A stretch of 64,000 nt of DNA, taken from Candidatus Obscuribacterales bacterium. GTDB taxonomy: Bacteria; Cyanobacteriota; Vampirovibrionia; Obscuribacterales; Obscuribacteraceae. Positions 38,659 through 47,660 of the stretch are shown piece after piece. Below the pieces are notes generated by a model that was not told the origin of the DNA, searched no databases, and worked only from the letters and a program-made list of their open reading frames with translations. Each line of letters begins with the position of its first letter. Positions within the stretch are counted from its first letter, which is position 1. The stretch spans positions 960,001 to 1,024,000 of the forward strand of contig CBDDIJ010000003.1 of NCBI GenBank assembly GCA_965228855.1, in the 5' to 3' direction. A program made the translations under genes and the position numbers.

Positions 38659-38865
38659 ATGCCTAAGAAAGTACTTGTCGCCTTGCCTCCAGGTCTGTTA
38701 GAACAGATCGATTTTGTCGCGCAAGTAGAGCACAGAACCAGATCAGACTTAATACGCGAAGCTCTCCGCCGTTATATAGAATCTTTCAAACGCACTCAAA
38801 CACCACACATGTCGGTAAGCACAGTAGGCAACCAGCATGTAGCACTGTTTACCGACGTTGAGTAA
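38659..38865 (+). CDS. CopG/ribbon-helix-helix DNA-binding protein
   Basis: KKVLVALP strand, LLEQIDFVA helix, TRSDLIREALRRY helix; AAGGGA RBS. Confidence 0.85.
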   Translation: MPKKVLVALPPGLLEQIDFVAQVEHRTRSDLIREALRRYIESFKRTQTPHMSVSTVGNQHVALFTDVE

Positions 38866-38953
38866 TATTCCCACTTAATGCGTTGACTTATTGCCTGACG
38901 CTTCGTACGATGCTTTTGATGAAGGCCGACCCTTCTCCCTTGAGCATCTGACG

Positions 38954-39268
38954 ATGAATTTCACAAACATACTCTTGACGGAACTGATCTTCGCATCCTT
39001 CGTGTTGCTGGGATTGGGTTTCATTAAGATGCCGAAGTTCTTGCGGCGAAAGAGACTTTCGAAGCTCTTCCCGTGGGGCTACTATCCTGACCAGCAACCG
39101 CGCGCCGATCGGTATTACCCGGACGACGACAAGGATTTCCTCCACGATGTGGGCACGGAGTTTGGTGGACTGGATACGTTCGGTGATTACGGGGAATTCA
39201 GTGGCTTTGGTCAGCTCGGGGAATATGGCGGCTCGTTTATCGGCGGCGAGGGCGGTGGACCCGGCTAA
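38954..39268 (+). CDS. Small membrane protein with acidic Gly/Phe-rich tail
   Basis: N-terminal TM (LIFASFVLLGLGFI), basic patch, YYPD twice, tail DTFGDYGEFSGFGQLGEYGGSFIGGEGGGPG. Start codon uncertain. Confidence 0.5.
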   Translation: MNFTNILLTELIFASFVLLGLGFIKMPKFLRRKRLSKLFPWGYYPDQQPRADRYYPDDDKDFLHDVGTEFGGLDTFGDYGEFSGFGQLGEYGGSFIGGEGGGPG

Positions 39269-39294
39269 GTGTGATGCCGGTAGTATGGCTTTGC

Positions 39295-39470
39295 ACTCAA
39301 GTCGGCGTATATTGACGTCTGGCTCTGGTTTGAAGAGTCTCCTTGCTCAGCAGCATCACTCGGCAGTGCCGTCTACGACACCATCTGGTGGCACAGCGCT
39401 ATGCGTGCTGTTTTAGAATACCTGCTATCCAGGCAAGCCCACAGCTTCGAGCTGACAATATCGGCTCACG
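39295..39470 (+). ncRNA. ssrS: 6S RNA (cyanobacterial-type)
   Basis: Rod-like fold read by eye: ATATTG/CAATAT closing stem, GGCT/AGCC and CTGG/CCAG flanking a central bubble, AGCAGCA/TGCTGTT, apical GTGCC/GGCAC. GGCTCTGGTTTGAAGAGTCTC...GCAGCATCA resembles cyanobacterial 6Sa as I recall it. -10-like TAGTAT at 39281. Ends approximate. Confidence 0.72.
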
Positions 39471-39676
39471 GAATTTGACTCTTCCGGCAGGCGATTCTGG
39501 ACCGGAGCTGGCAAAGGTTCATATGTCAAAACTGACGGTAACCGCCTGGGTAGTCCAGTAGAAAGACTCTGGATCCACCTTCCGATTCAGTGTTTCATGG
39601 CATAAAAACGGCTGGCTTGATAATAGTGCTCTTATAAGCTCTATACTTAAGCAGTCTCCCATGTGTTCTCAGGAGG

Positions 39677-41209
39677 TTGCCCCTGCAGTTCGCCGATACT
39701 TACTACGCCTGGCTAGCTGGATTCATCATTCTGGGCGGTCTGACCTTCGTTTTGAAAGACGAAAAGCGCAAGCTGTTGTTGCACCTTCTGTTGGTGTTTT
39801 CAACTCTCTTCGTCGTCGGTCAAATTTACATGTCGGTTGAGGCGCGTAAAAATGCCGGAAACGAGGTTTTTGTCGAGTCCGACAAAGCTGAAATGGCCTT
39901 GAGAATGACTTCTGCTTTGATGGCGCTTGAGCCGGTTTTAAAATCCGGTGGAGACAATAGCCAGGTAAAACAGATGCAGAGCAAATTCTACCTCGAAGCT
40001 GAGAATTCGCTTGATAAATCAATCAAACTCGCTCCGGAATCCTCCATCCTGTTGACTAAACGGCTCGTATTTCACAACGAGACCGGAAAACCAATCAAAG
40101 GCGACCTGACCGCAATAAACAAAATCGGCACTGACAAAGCGAAAAAGCTATCAAGGCTCGTTACTGCGATCTATATCAACAAGAAGATTAGTCCCGAGCA
40201 TCTGCCTGAGTTGAAGACGATTTTGAAGAAAGAGATGCCGGGCGGCTGGTATCAGGATATCTTGCATGTGCAAATTGAACGCGTTTCCGGCACGAAAAAG
40301 GCTTATGAGGAAGCGGTAGATGAGTTTGTCGACCACTACCGAAATTATCTGATTCGAATTGCCGCCTTTTTTGCTGTAATCGCAGTTTCAGCTTTCGTCG
40401 GGATCATAGTTGTGCTTGTCCAACTTTTTATGCTGCCGCGCAAACCTACCAGCGAAGAGGAGCGCGCCAAAATTGCTGCGCCAGTCGCCTGGGGCGCAAA
40501 AACTGTGTATGGAGTTTTCATCGCCTGGCTTTCCACTGAATTCCTTGTTGTGCCTTTGCTGAAAGGCGTATCCAAGGATTTGGCTAACATCGCGGTCGAA
40601 AGGGGCTCCTTGACGGTTGCCTTGATTACAGCAGGACTATACCTATCACAAAACCTCCCCTCGATTTTCTACATCTGGTTTTTCGCGGTGCGCAATCATG
40701 GAATAAGGTTTGCAGAGGCTGTCCGACTGCGCTGGAAAACCGAGCGTCGGGGACCCGTGGGATTGGTCCTTGCTGGTGTGGCAACATGGTTCGCTGCGAT
40801 ACCACTGGTGATAGCATCGACATACATTGCAAATCAGCTTGGCTCGCAGGGTTCCAGTAACCCGATCGTTGCAGTTGTTCTCTCTTCCGTAAAAGATTCG
40901 AATCCCCTGGCGGTGATTATGTTCCTGATTACGCTTGGTGTCTTACCGGCTCTTTGCGAAGAAACTCTCTTTAGAGGTTTTTTGTACACTTCACTGCGAC
41001 GACGGTTTGGTGTTTTTCTTTCTATCGTTATTAGCGCAACCTTGTTCTCGCTTGCTCATTTTGACCTCGGTGGCGCCGTCCAGTTATTCGTTCTAGGCGC
41101 CTTATTTGCTTTTGTTTTCGAACGAACGAAAAGTCTGATTCCGGCGATGGTCGCTCACTGCATGTGGAACAGCGGGACGTTCCTCATGGCCTTAACCATG
41201 CTTGGTTGA
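39677..41209 (+). CDS. CPBP (CAAX/Abi) family intramembrane metalloprotease with N-terminal extension
   Basis: EETLFRGFL, FSLAH and HCMWN motifs; multiple TM helices. Confidence 0.9.
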   Translation: MPLQFADTYYAWLAGFIILGGLTFVLKDEKRKLLLHLLLVFSTLFVVGQIYMSVEARKNAGNEVFVESDKAEMALRMTSALMALEPVLKSGGDNSQVKQMQSKFYLEAENSLDKSIKLAPESSILLTKRLVFHNETGKPIKGDLTAINKIGTDKAKKLSRLVTAIYINKKISPEHLPELKTILKKEMPGGWYQDILHVQIERVSGTKKAYEEAVDEFVDHYRNYLIRIAAFFAVIAVSAFVGIIVVLVQLFMLPRKPTSEEERAKIAAPVAWGAKTVYGVFIAWLSTEFLVVPLLKGVSKDLANIAVERGSLTVALITAGLYLSQNLPSIFYIWFFAVRNHGIRFAEAVRLRWKTERRGPVGLVLAGVATWFAAIPLVIASTYIANQLGSQGSSNPIVAVVLSSVKDSNPLAVIMFLITLGVLPALCEETLFRGFLYTSLRRRFGVFLSIVISATLFSLAHFDLGGAVQLFVLGALFAFVFERTKSLIPAMVAHCMWNSGTFLMALTMLG

Positions 41210-41229
41210 AACAATTTCCTTTTCATTCC

Positions 41230-41247
41230 TAAACCGATATCGCTTGA
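41230..41247. repeat. Palindromic REP-like element, copy 6 (degenerate)
   Basis: TAAACCGATATCGCTTGA, 20 nt after the CPBP stop. Confidence 0.7.
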
Positions 41248-41363
41248 AGAGTTTAGATGCCGTGTTGCTTTGCCGCAATTGCCGGGCATAACCTCTTCAG
41301 CCCAATTAGATTTCCGTCATCGGAAACCGCCTGTCCTGCTACAACTCTACTGGGTTTCAAACC

Positions 41364-41918
41364 ATGGTTGCACTTGCAAAACCAGCCATCAGATTGGAAT
41401 CGGATCCGCGGGTGAAGCGGGTTGGCTCAAATGTTATGTGGGTTGCGATCGTGATCGGATTCATGTTCATGGGGCTCTGGCTGACTGTTGCAACATTTGC
41501 GTTTGCGTACAATGCCTGCTGGTCAATTGTGATCGCGGGCGCTTCTATAGGGTTTGCGTCATTCTTGACGATGATGGCATCGACTTTGATCCGCGATCGC
41601 TCGCGAACCTACGTCTTGGAGTTGACGGAGACCGAGGCTGTTTTGAACGTCACCGAGGGGACTGGGAAACGTCGTAAGCGAGCTACCCAGATGGTCTTGC
41701 TCGACGACATCTATTATGCCGAGTACTATCCGTATCGCGATTCTACTTCTGTAATCTTGCACACAAGCTACGCACAGATGGAGCTTCCTCTCTGGCCGCT
41801 CGGTGCTCATGCGCAGGATGTGATGGATTTTCTAGATGGACGCGGAGTGCCAATAGTAAACGTTCAGTCTGATGACCCAATTCCGGAGATCGAGATAGAG
41901 AAACGTGTTCAGCCGTGA
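41364..41918 (+). CDS. Hypothetical membrane protein (2 TM helices + beta-rich cytoplasmic domain)
   Basis: Two hydrophobic helices followed by a PH-like strand pattern; 184 aa. Confidence 0.65.
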   Translation: MVALAKPAIRLESDPRVKRVGSNVMWVAIVIGFMFMGLWLTVATFAFAYNACWSIVIAGASIGFASFLTMMASTLIRDRSRTYVLELTETEAVLNVTEGTGKRRKRATQMVLLDDIYYAEYYPYRDSTSVILHTSYAQMELPLWPLGAHAQDVMDFLDGRGVPIVNVQSDDPIPEIEIEKRVQP

Positions 41919-42110
41919 AAATCCAATCGCAAATCAGTCGGTCACTGATGATTATGAGAGGATATTCCACACACAACTGTTCGCGGATTGATCGAATAAT
42001 GCACGTTCTCGTGTAGAATCGCAAAATCTCTCTGTTTCGAGGTGTGCGAGTTGAGGTCCGTGGTCAACCTTCGCCGGCTTGCCAGGTTACTGAAAACCAC
42101 GGAGAGATTC

Positions 42111-42803
42111 GTGGCTATCGAACTGCACCCGGGTGTTTACGTCAGTTTCATTGCAATTAACCTCTGTTTGCTGTTCGCATACCGGGAACTAGTCCGTGTC
42201 CCCCATCAGCAAGAACCGATTCCTCCGAATTCAGCCCACTCCCGGGCTGATGTTTTTTCGGATGGAAAGCAATTTGGCTTTCCATCTCTTGGTTTAAGCG
42301 ATGGAAGCCAGTCTCAAACGGTTGAGAGAACCGAGCCGATTAGAACTCAAATGAGCAAAGTAGAACCGACCATCGAATCGAGTCGCTTAGCCGAATTGCC
42401 GAAACAAATTCAGTCTCGGAAAGACAATTCCTTAGGTCTTGCCCCCTCGACAGCCGGCGCTGCACTGGCTGCGGTATCAGAAAAATCGACTCCGAAAAGA
42501 GTTGCACAGAAGAAAGTAAGAAAGTCGCACAATGGTTTGATTCCTCCACCGCCACCGGGTGTGATGGTCGTGCCGCCTCCTCCTGATGCGCCATCGCTGT
42601 TCGCCGCAGGGACTGCCGGCAAGTTTGGCTTTCTCGTTCCACCGCCACCACCAATGGTGTTTGACTCCATTGGCGGTGACACAGCCCTTCAAACGAGTTA
42701 TCGCAAGACAACGCGTCATATCATTGACGGTCAATTTAAAAATAATGACCGCGCGAAAACTGTACACCGCGGTAGTTTCAAACAAGTTATCGTCAGCCGC
42801 TAA
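42111..42803 (+). CDS. Membrane-anchored proline-rich hypothetical protein
   Basis: N-terminal TM (VYVSFIAINLCLLFAY), three poly-Pro tracts (LIPPPPP, VPPPP, VPPPPP). GTG 42111 follows GGAG; the ORF extends to 42042. Confidence 0.6.
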   Translation: MAIELHPGVYVSFIAINLCLLFAYRELVRVPHQQEPIPPNSAHSRADVFSDGKQFGFPSLGLSDGSQSQTVERTEPIRTQMSKVEPTIESSRLAELPKQIQSRKDNSLGLAPSTAGAALAAVSEKSTPKRVAQKKVRKSHNGLIPPPPPGVMVVPPPPDAPSLFAAGTAGKFGFLVPPPPPMVFDSIGGDTALQTSYRKTTRHIIDGQFKNNDRAKTVHRGSFKQVIVSR

Positions 42804-42850
42804 ATCTCTTTTCAAGAGAAACTGGTTTTCCGCAAGAAGCGTCTTTTGTC

Positions 42851-42870
42851 GTAAACCGATATCGGTTTAC
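42851..42870. repeat. Palindromic REP-like element, copy 7
   Basis: Perfect 20-bp palindrome GTAAACCGATATCGGTTTAC, 47 nt after a stop codon. Confidence 0.9.
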
Positions 42871-42986
42871 TTTTCGATTGCTGGAAGTCGACTGGATTGT
42901 GGAGCGCAGTTCACGCCTCATTTTGAAATTCACAAAGTGCTTAATGTGCTACCTGGGAATAATGATTCTGCCGCTGTCTAACGGAG

Positions 42987-43763
42987 ATGTTCATGAGAAA
43001 CTACAAGACCAGTCTGACCCTTCTTTCCGCGTCGCTGTGCCTGGGTCTGTTTGCTTTACCAGGTCTGGCTTCACCGGAAGACGACGCAGCGATTCAGCTG
43101 TACAAACAAGGGAAATATGGTCCTGCCCTTGCCGCTTTTGAGGCTATCGATAAGAGGACCCCGCGGAAACCCCTTACACACTATTACATTGCGCTTTGCT
43201 GTCAATCTCTTAATCAGGTGGCCAGAGCAACTGCTGAGTACAAGTGGGTCGCGGACAACTCTCCTAAAGGGACATTGAAAGCGGCCGCACTGAAGGGTTT
43301 AGACAGTGTAAGCCGTTACAAGCAAGGCCGCGAACAGCAAGTTGCCGCCAGTGCCGCCAATACGGAGGCTGCAGCAGCGGCGGACGCAGCCAAGACGACG
43401 GCGGCCGGCGAGAAGACCGCATCTGGAACGAAACCCGGAGAAAAACTTCCAGCAGCCAAGCCGGATGAAGGCAAAGTGAAAAAGGTGCTTGCGTTTTCGA
43501 CTTCTTACGACCGCACCTGGTTAGCCTTTGAGCCTGGGTTCAATCAGGCAAAAGAAAAGTACAACGGGAAAATCGCTATTTCGCAGGTCGACACCGATGA
43601 CGAGGCGAGCAACGCACTCAAGGAAAAATACAAATTGAGTTCGTTCCCTGCATTCGTTTACCTAGACGGCGCCGGAAATGTTCTAAAGACCGAGAGCGGC
43701 TGCCCCGGTGACGGTGATTCATTTATTAATGAGATTGAGACCTTGAACAAGAAAAAGAAGTGA
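42987..43763 (+). CDS. Exported TPR plus thioredoxin-like fold protein (no CxxC)
   Basis: Signal peptide, TPR (THYYIALCCQSL), Ala-rich linker, Trx fold (KVLAFSTSY...QVDTDD...KYKLSSFPAFVYLDGAG). Confidence 0.75.
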   Translation: MFMRNYKTSLTLLSASLCLGLFALPGLASPEDDAAIQLYKQGKYGPALAAFEAIDKRTPRKPLTHYYIALCCQSLNQVARATAEYKWVADNSPKGTLKAAALKGLDSVSRYKQGREQQVAASAANTEAAAAADAAKTTAAGEKTASGTKPGEKLPAAKPDEGKVKKVLAFSTSYDRTWLAFEPGFNQAKEKYNGKIAISQVDTDDEASNALKEKYKLSSFPAFVYLDGAGNVLKTESGCPGDGDSFINEIETLNKKKK

Positions 43764-44013
43764 ACGCGAATAAACTTCGGTGACAATATGAAGATGTGAT
43801 GTCGAGAGAGAACTGCTTTCGTCAAGAATAGATCTGCCGCATCTTTGCTTTCCCCCTCTAAATTGCGACCAACAGCTGACCGAAAGCAAGCGCTCACATT
43901 CAGTTTAGTTTTAATGCCAAGCATCTGCGCATTGATGTCTTGATGAGAGAAACGTAGTAATCTTTTCTCCGTAAAGACGCTTGTCTGTTGGCAACCTGCG
44001 CTGAGGTGAGGCA

Positions 44014-45624
44014 ATGGCTCAAACTGCTACGGTGGAAAATCCGCTTATGCTGGGACTTCCGGAAGAAAAACGACCGGAGCCGTTCGCGCTGGTCATATTC
44101 GGCGCCCATGGGGACCTCACCAAACGCAAATTGTTACCGGCTATCTACGCGCTGTATGTTCAGAACTTGCTGCCGGAAGGTTTCGCCATCTTGGGTACGT
44201 CCCGAACGGAAAAAACTGACCAGGAGTTCCGTGATTCGATGAAGGAAGCCGTCATCAAGTATTCCGAGGACCTCGAGTTTGACGAAGGGACCTGGGAGCG
44301 ATTTGCGCCCGCCCTTTATTACCGCGCCGGCGACTCTAAGAATCTGGATTCTTATAAGGAAATGAAGTCCACGCTCGAGGAGCTTCAGAAAAGCCGTGGC
44401 ACGATGGGCAACCATATCTTTTATCTGTCTACCCCTCCGAGTTTGTACATGCCAATTGTCACTAAACTGGCGGAGTCTGGACTGGCATACAAGCGCAAAG
44501 GAAGCGAACCCGCCTGGCCACGGGTGGTGGTAGAGAAACCGTTCGGACACGATTTGCCTTCATCGCTCGAACTCGATTCGACCCTTCACGATGTTTTGAA
44601 TGAGCATCAGATTTACAGAATCGACCACTATCTGGGCAAAGAAACTGTTCAGAACATCATGTGTTTTCGTTTTGCCAACAGCATTTTTGAGCCGATCTGG
44701 AATCGCGAATTCATCGACCACATTCAGATTACGAGCGCGGAAACGATCGGTGTGGAGGATAGAGGAGCATACTACGAGGAAGCCGGAGCTCTGCGCGACA
44801 TGCTCCAGAACCACCTCATGCAGCTCGTTGCCCTGGTCGCAATGGAACCTCCTATTTCACTGGACCCCGAATCAACCCGAGATGAACGTGTCAAAGTACT
44901 CAAAGCAATTCGGCCCTTGTCACCGGAGACCATCGATAATTTTTCAGTGAGAGGGCAGTACGGCGACGGATTTGTATTAGGAAACAGGGCGCAGCGCTAC
45001 AGGGACGAGAAAAATGTTTCGCCTGAATCAAGTCGTGAAACATTTGCGGCGATGAAACTGTACATCGACAATTGGCGCTGGGCCGGTGTGCCAATTTATT
45101 TGCGAAGTGGAAAACGCCTGGCCAAGCGCCTGACGGAGATCGCTGTGCAGTTTCGCAAACCACCAAAACAATTGTTTGACGAACTTGGCGGCTCGATTTA
45201 TCACGAAATGCCTAAGTCCGAAAGTCCAAACGTTCTGGTCATGAAGATTCAGCCTGACGACGGTATTTCGCTCAAGTTCGCGACCAAGCAACCGGGGCCG
45301 ACGACACAAATCAGATCGTTAACTATGGACTTTCGGTATGGCACCGCATTTGGTAGCAGAACTCCGTCGGCGTACGAACGCCTGATTCTGGATGCGCTAA
45401 TTGGCGACCCGTCGCTGTTTGCTCGTTCTGACTTTGTTGAGGCCTCGTGGGTTCTGTACCAACCGTTGATTGAACACTGGGAAAAAACTGTTCCAGGAAA
45501 ATCGAACGATAAGGGCAGCGAGATTCACCATCGCCCTTTTCCAAATTACGACTCCGGTTCCTGGGGACCTCCTGAGTCCGACGAAATGCTTGCCATCGAA
45601 GGGCATGCCTGGAGGGAACTATGA
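44014..45624 (+). CDS. zwf: Glucose-6-phosphate 1-dehydrogenase
   Basis: IFGAHGDL, EKPFG, RIDHYLGKETVQN, RDMLQNH, AYERLI. Confidence 0.97.
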   Translation: MAQTATVENPLMLGLPEEKRPEPFALVIFGAHGDLTKRKLLPAIYALYVQNLLPEGFAILGTSRTEKTDQEFRDSMKEAVIKYSEDLEFDEGTWERFAPALYYRAGDSKNLDSYKEMKSTLEELQKSRGTMGNHIFYLSTPPSLYMPIVTKLAESGLAYKRKGSEPAWPRVVVEKPFGHDLPSSLELDSTLHDVLNEHQIYRIDHYLGKETVQNIMCFRFANSIFEPIWNREFIDHIQITSAETIGVEDRGAYYEEAGALRDMLQNHLMQLVALVAMEPPISLDPESTRDERVKVLKAIRPLSPETIDNFSVRGQYGDGFVLGNRAQRYRDEKNVSPESSRETFAAMKLYIDNWRWAGVPIYLRSGKRLAKRLTEIAVQFRKPPKQLFDELGGSIYHEMPKSESPNVLVMKIQPDDGISLKFATKQPGPTTQIRSLTMDFRYGTAFGSRTPSAYERLILDALIGDPSLFARSDFVEASWVLYQPLIEHWEKTVPGKSNDKGSEIHHRPFPNYDSGSWGPPESDEMLAIEGHAWREL

Positions 45625-46793
45625 CCCCCGTAGCAAAAGAGAAGGTGGAGATGGCTTCGTTCCTATCCGGAACCTTCCATCACGTTGATGTCGACCGTAT
45701 TGAAAAGGAACTCCTCGACCTCTGGCAACAAGCAGGGAAAGGGTCGGATACGGATGAACCCTCGGTTACACGCGCCTGCAGCATCACCTTCATCCTGTTC
45801 ACATCCGATCCCGGCGCTGAGATTGCTGCAGGAGATCTTCTCGAAGATGTCACGCTTAAACACCCCTGCCGAGCCATTCTTGCCATGGCGTTGCCGGCAA
45901 AGGAAGAACAGCTTGAAGCCTGGGTGACTGCTCGCTGCCGGATGATTCCAGGTAAGAAAGATAAGCAGATTTGTTGCGAACAAATTACTGTCCGCTGGCA
46001 GGGGGATGGGACGCGCCATCTCGCTAGCGTTGTTTCACCGCTTCAACTGGTAGATTTGCCCACCTGGCTCTGGTGGCAAGAAGCCGAAGCGACCAAGGAA
46101 AATCTTGGACCGTTTCTTCCATTCGTAGAACGCCTGATAGTCGACACCTCTTATCTGGATAATAATCTTTCTCGTCTTTTTGATCTGCGCGAGGTCTTCA
46201 ACCGTTTGAAAGAGGGCAGCGCCATGTTCGATTTGAACTGGCGCAGACTCCTTCCCTGGAGGCAGGCAATCGCTCGCTCGTTTGAAGAGTCTCTGGGAAT
46301 TTTGTCTCTTGAAGAACTCGACTTGATTTCCTCCGTCACAATCGGTGTCGCGCAACCTGCCGAAAGCGCCTCCAAAAGCTACTCGGCTCAGTCCCTACTT
46401 CTGGTCTCCTGGCTCGCTTCTCGCCTGTCCTGGAAAGTATTGTCGGTGAAGAAAACTACCGACAACGAAGTCGACATTGTTTTGAAATGGAGTCGCAAAA
46501 AAATCGATGTTGCCATCAGAGCTGTCCCTATGGATAACGTAAAGCCTGGCACCGTCTGTTTCTTCGCTGCAGACTTTGTCGGCAAAACTAAATCGCTTGT
46601 CGTTATGCAAAAGGAAGGTTGTCCGGGTTTGGAAGTCGACCTGGTAGAAAAGTCGGAAGTTCACGAAACTCTGTGCATGACCGAGGTACCAGCTCCACAG
46701 CTCGTAGTTGACGTTCTGGACAGCCCAATTACCGGAGAAGTTTACTCGGAGCTTCTCGATCTCCTTTGCGAACTCGCAGGAAACTTGAAGTGA
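45621..46793 (+). CDS. opcA: G6PD assembly/activator protein OpcA
   Basis: HPCRAI, ICCEQI, DLPTWLWW, DLNWRRLLPWRQ and LLVSWLASRLSW motifs. ATGA overlap with zwf. Confidence 0.9.
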   Translation: MTPVAKEKVEMASFLSGTFHHVDVDRIEKELLDLWQQAGKGSDTDEPSVTRACSITFILFTSDPGAEIAAGDLLEDVTLKHPCRAILAMALPAKEEQLEAWVTARCRMIPGKKDKQICCEQITVRWQGDGTRHLASVVSPLQLVDLPTWLWWQEAEATKENLGPFLPFVERLIVDTSYLDNNLSRLFDLREVFNRLKEGSAMFDLNWRRLLPWRQAIARSFEESLGILSLEELDLISSVTIGVAQPAESASKSYSAQSLLLVSWLASRLSWKVLSVKKTTDNEVDIVLKWSRKKIDVAIRAVPMDNVKPGTVCFFAADFVGKTKSLVVMQKEGCPGLEVDLVEKSEVHETLCMTEVPAPQLVVDVLDSPITGEVYSELLDLLCELAGNLK

Positions 46794-46817
46794 GCACCAG
46801 TCAAAGCAGGGGACCAA

Positions 46818-47591
46818 ATGGAAACGAAAGGTAAACTGAAAATCGCTCAATCAAGCGGAGCTCTGACTCTTAGTCTGGCATCCGACATCGTCGATATGGC
46901 GGCCAAAGCCGTCGCTGATCATGGCAGCTTCAGCTTTGCTCTTTCCGGTGGAAATACTCCAAAGGCACTCTACAGCGCGCTTTCTTCAGCTCCTCTGAAA
47001 TATGAGATGCCCTGGAAAAAAACATTTTTCTTCTTTGGTGATGAGCGCTGCGTTTCTCGGTCGAGCCCTGAGAGCAATTACCGGATGGTCGATGAAGCGA
47101 TGTTTAAGCCGGTGCCTGTCAGAACTGAAAATATTTTTTCACTGCTTAACCCGGAAATCGATCCGAAACAATCCGCGCTAGATTACGAGACTAGAATGCG
47201 CAAATTTTTCTGTCTCGATGCCGGAGAGTTTCCGAGGTTCGACCTGGTTTTGTTGGGACTGGGCGATGATGGGCACACCGCGTCACTTTTCCCGGACACC
47301 GAAGCCCTGACGGAAACGGAGCGCTTATGCACGGAGAACTTCGTTCCGAAGTTCGATTGTTATCGCATTACAATGACGTTGCCAGTGATCAACAACGCCA
47401 AAAACATCGTATTTATGGTTTCAGGCAGCGGCAAAGCTGATGTGCTCTCGCATATTATTTGCGAGCAAAGCGCTGAGAAGGAAAACGTTACCTACCCGTC
47501 GCAACTGGTAGAGCCCAAGAATGGCAAGCTTAAATGGTACCTTGACCAAGAAGCAGCGTCCAAGCTCAGTCTGACCGAATGTAAATCATGA
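46818..47591 (+). CDS. pgl: 6-phosphogluconolactonase
   Basis: ALSGGNTP, FGDERCV, SNYRM, FDLVLLGLGDDGHTASLFP, RITMT. Confidence 0.95.
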   Translation: METKGKLKIAQSSGALTLSLASDIVDMAAKAVADHGSFSFALSGGNTPKALYSALSSAPLKYEMPWKKTFFFFGDERCVSRSSPESNYRMVDEAMFKPVPVRTENIFSLLNPEIDPKQSALDYETRMRKFFCLDAGEFPRFDLVLLGLGDDGHTASLFPDTEALTETERLCTENFVPKFDCYRITMTLPVINNAKNIVFMVSGSGKADVLSHIICEQSAEKENVTYPSQLVEPKNGKLKWYLDQEAASKLSLTECKS

Positions 47592-47660
47592 TTTTGAACA
47601 ACGAGTGACCGCATATCCAAACTTCATGAAATTGAATGTGGAAAATCTGGAGGGAGTAAG

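Noticed and set aside
39147..39561. Short ORFs 39147-39416 and 39343-39561
   Set aside because: They overlap the 6S RNA candidate and lack protein-like features.
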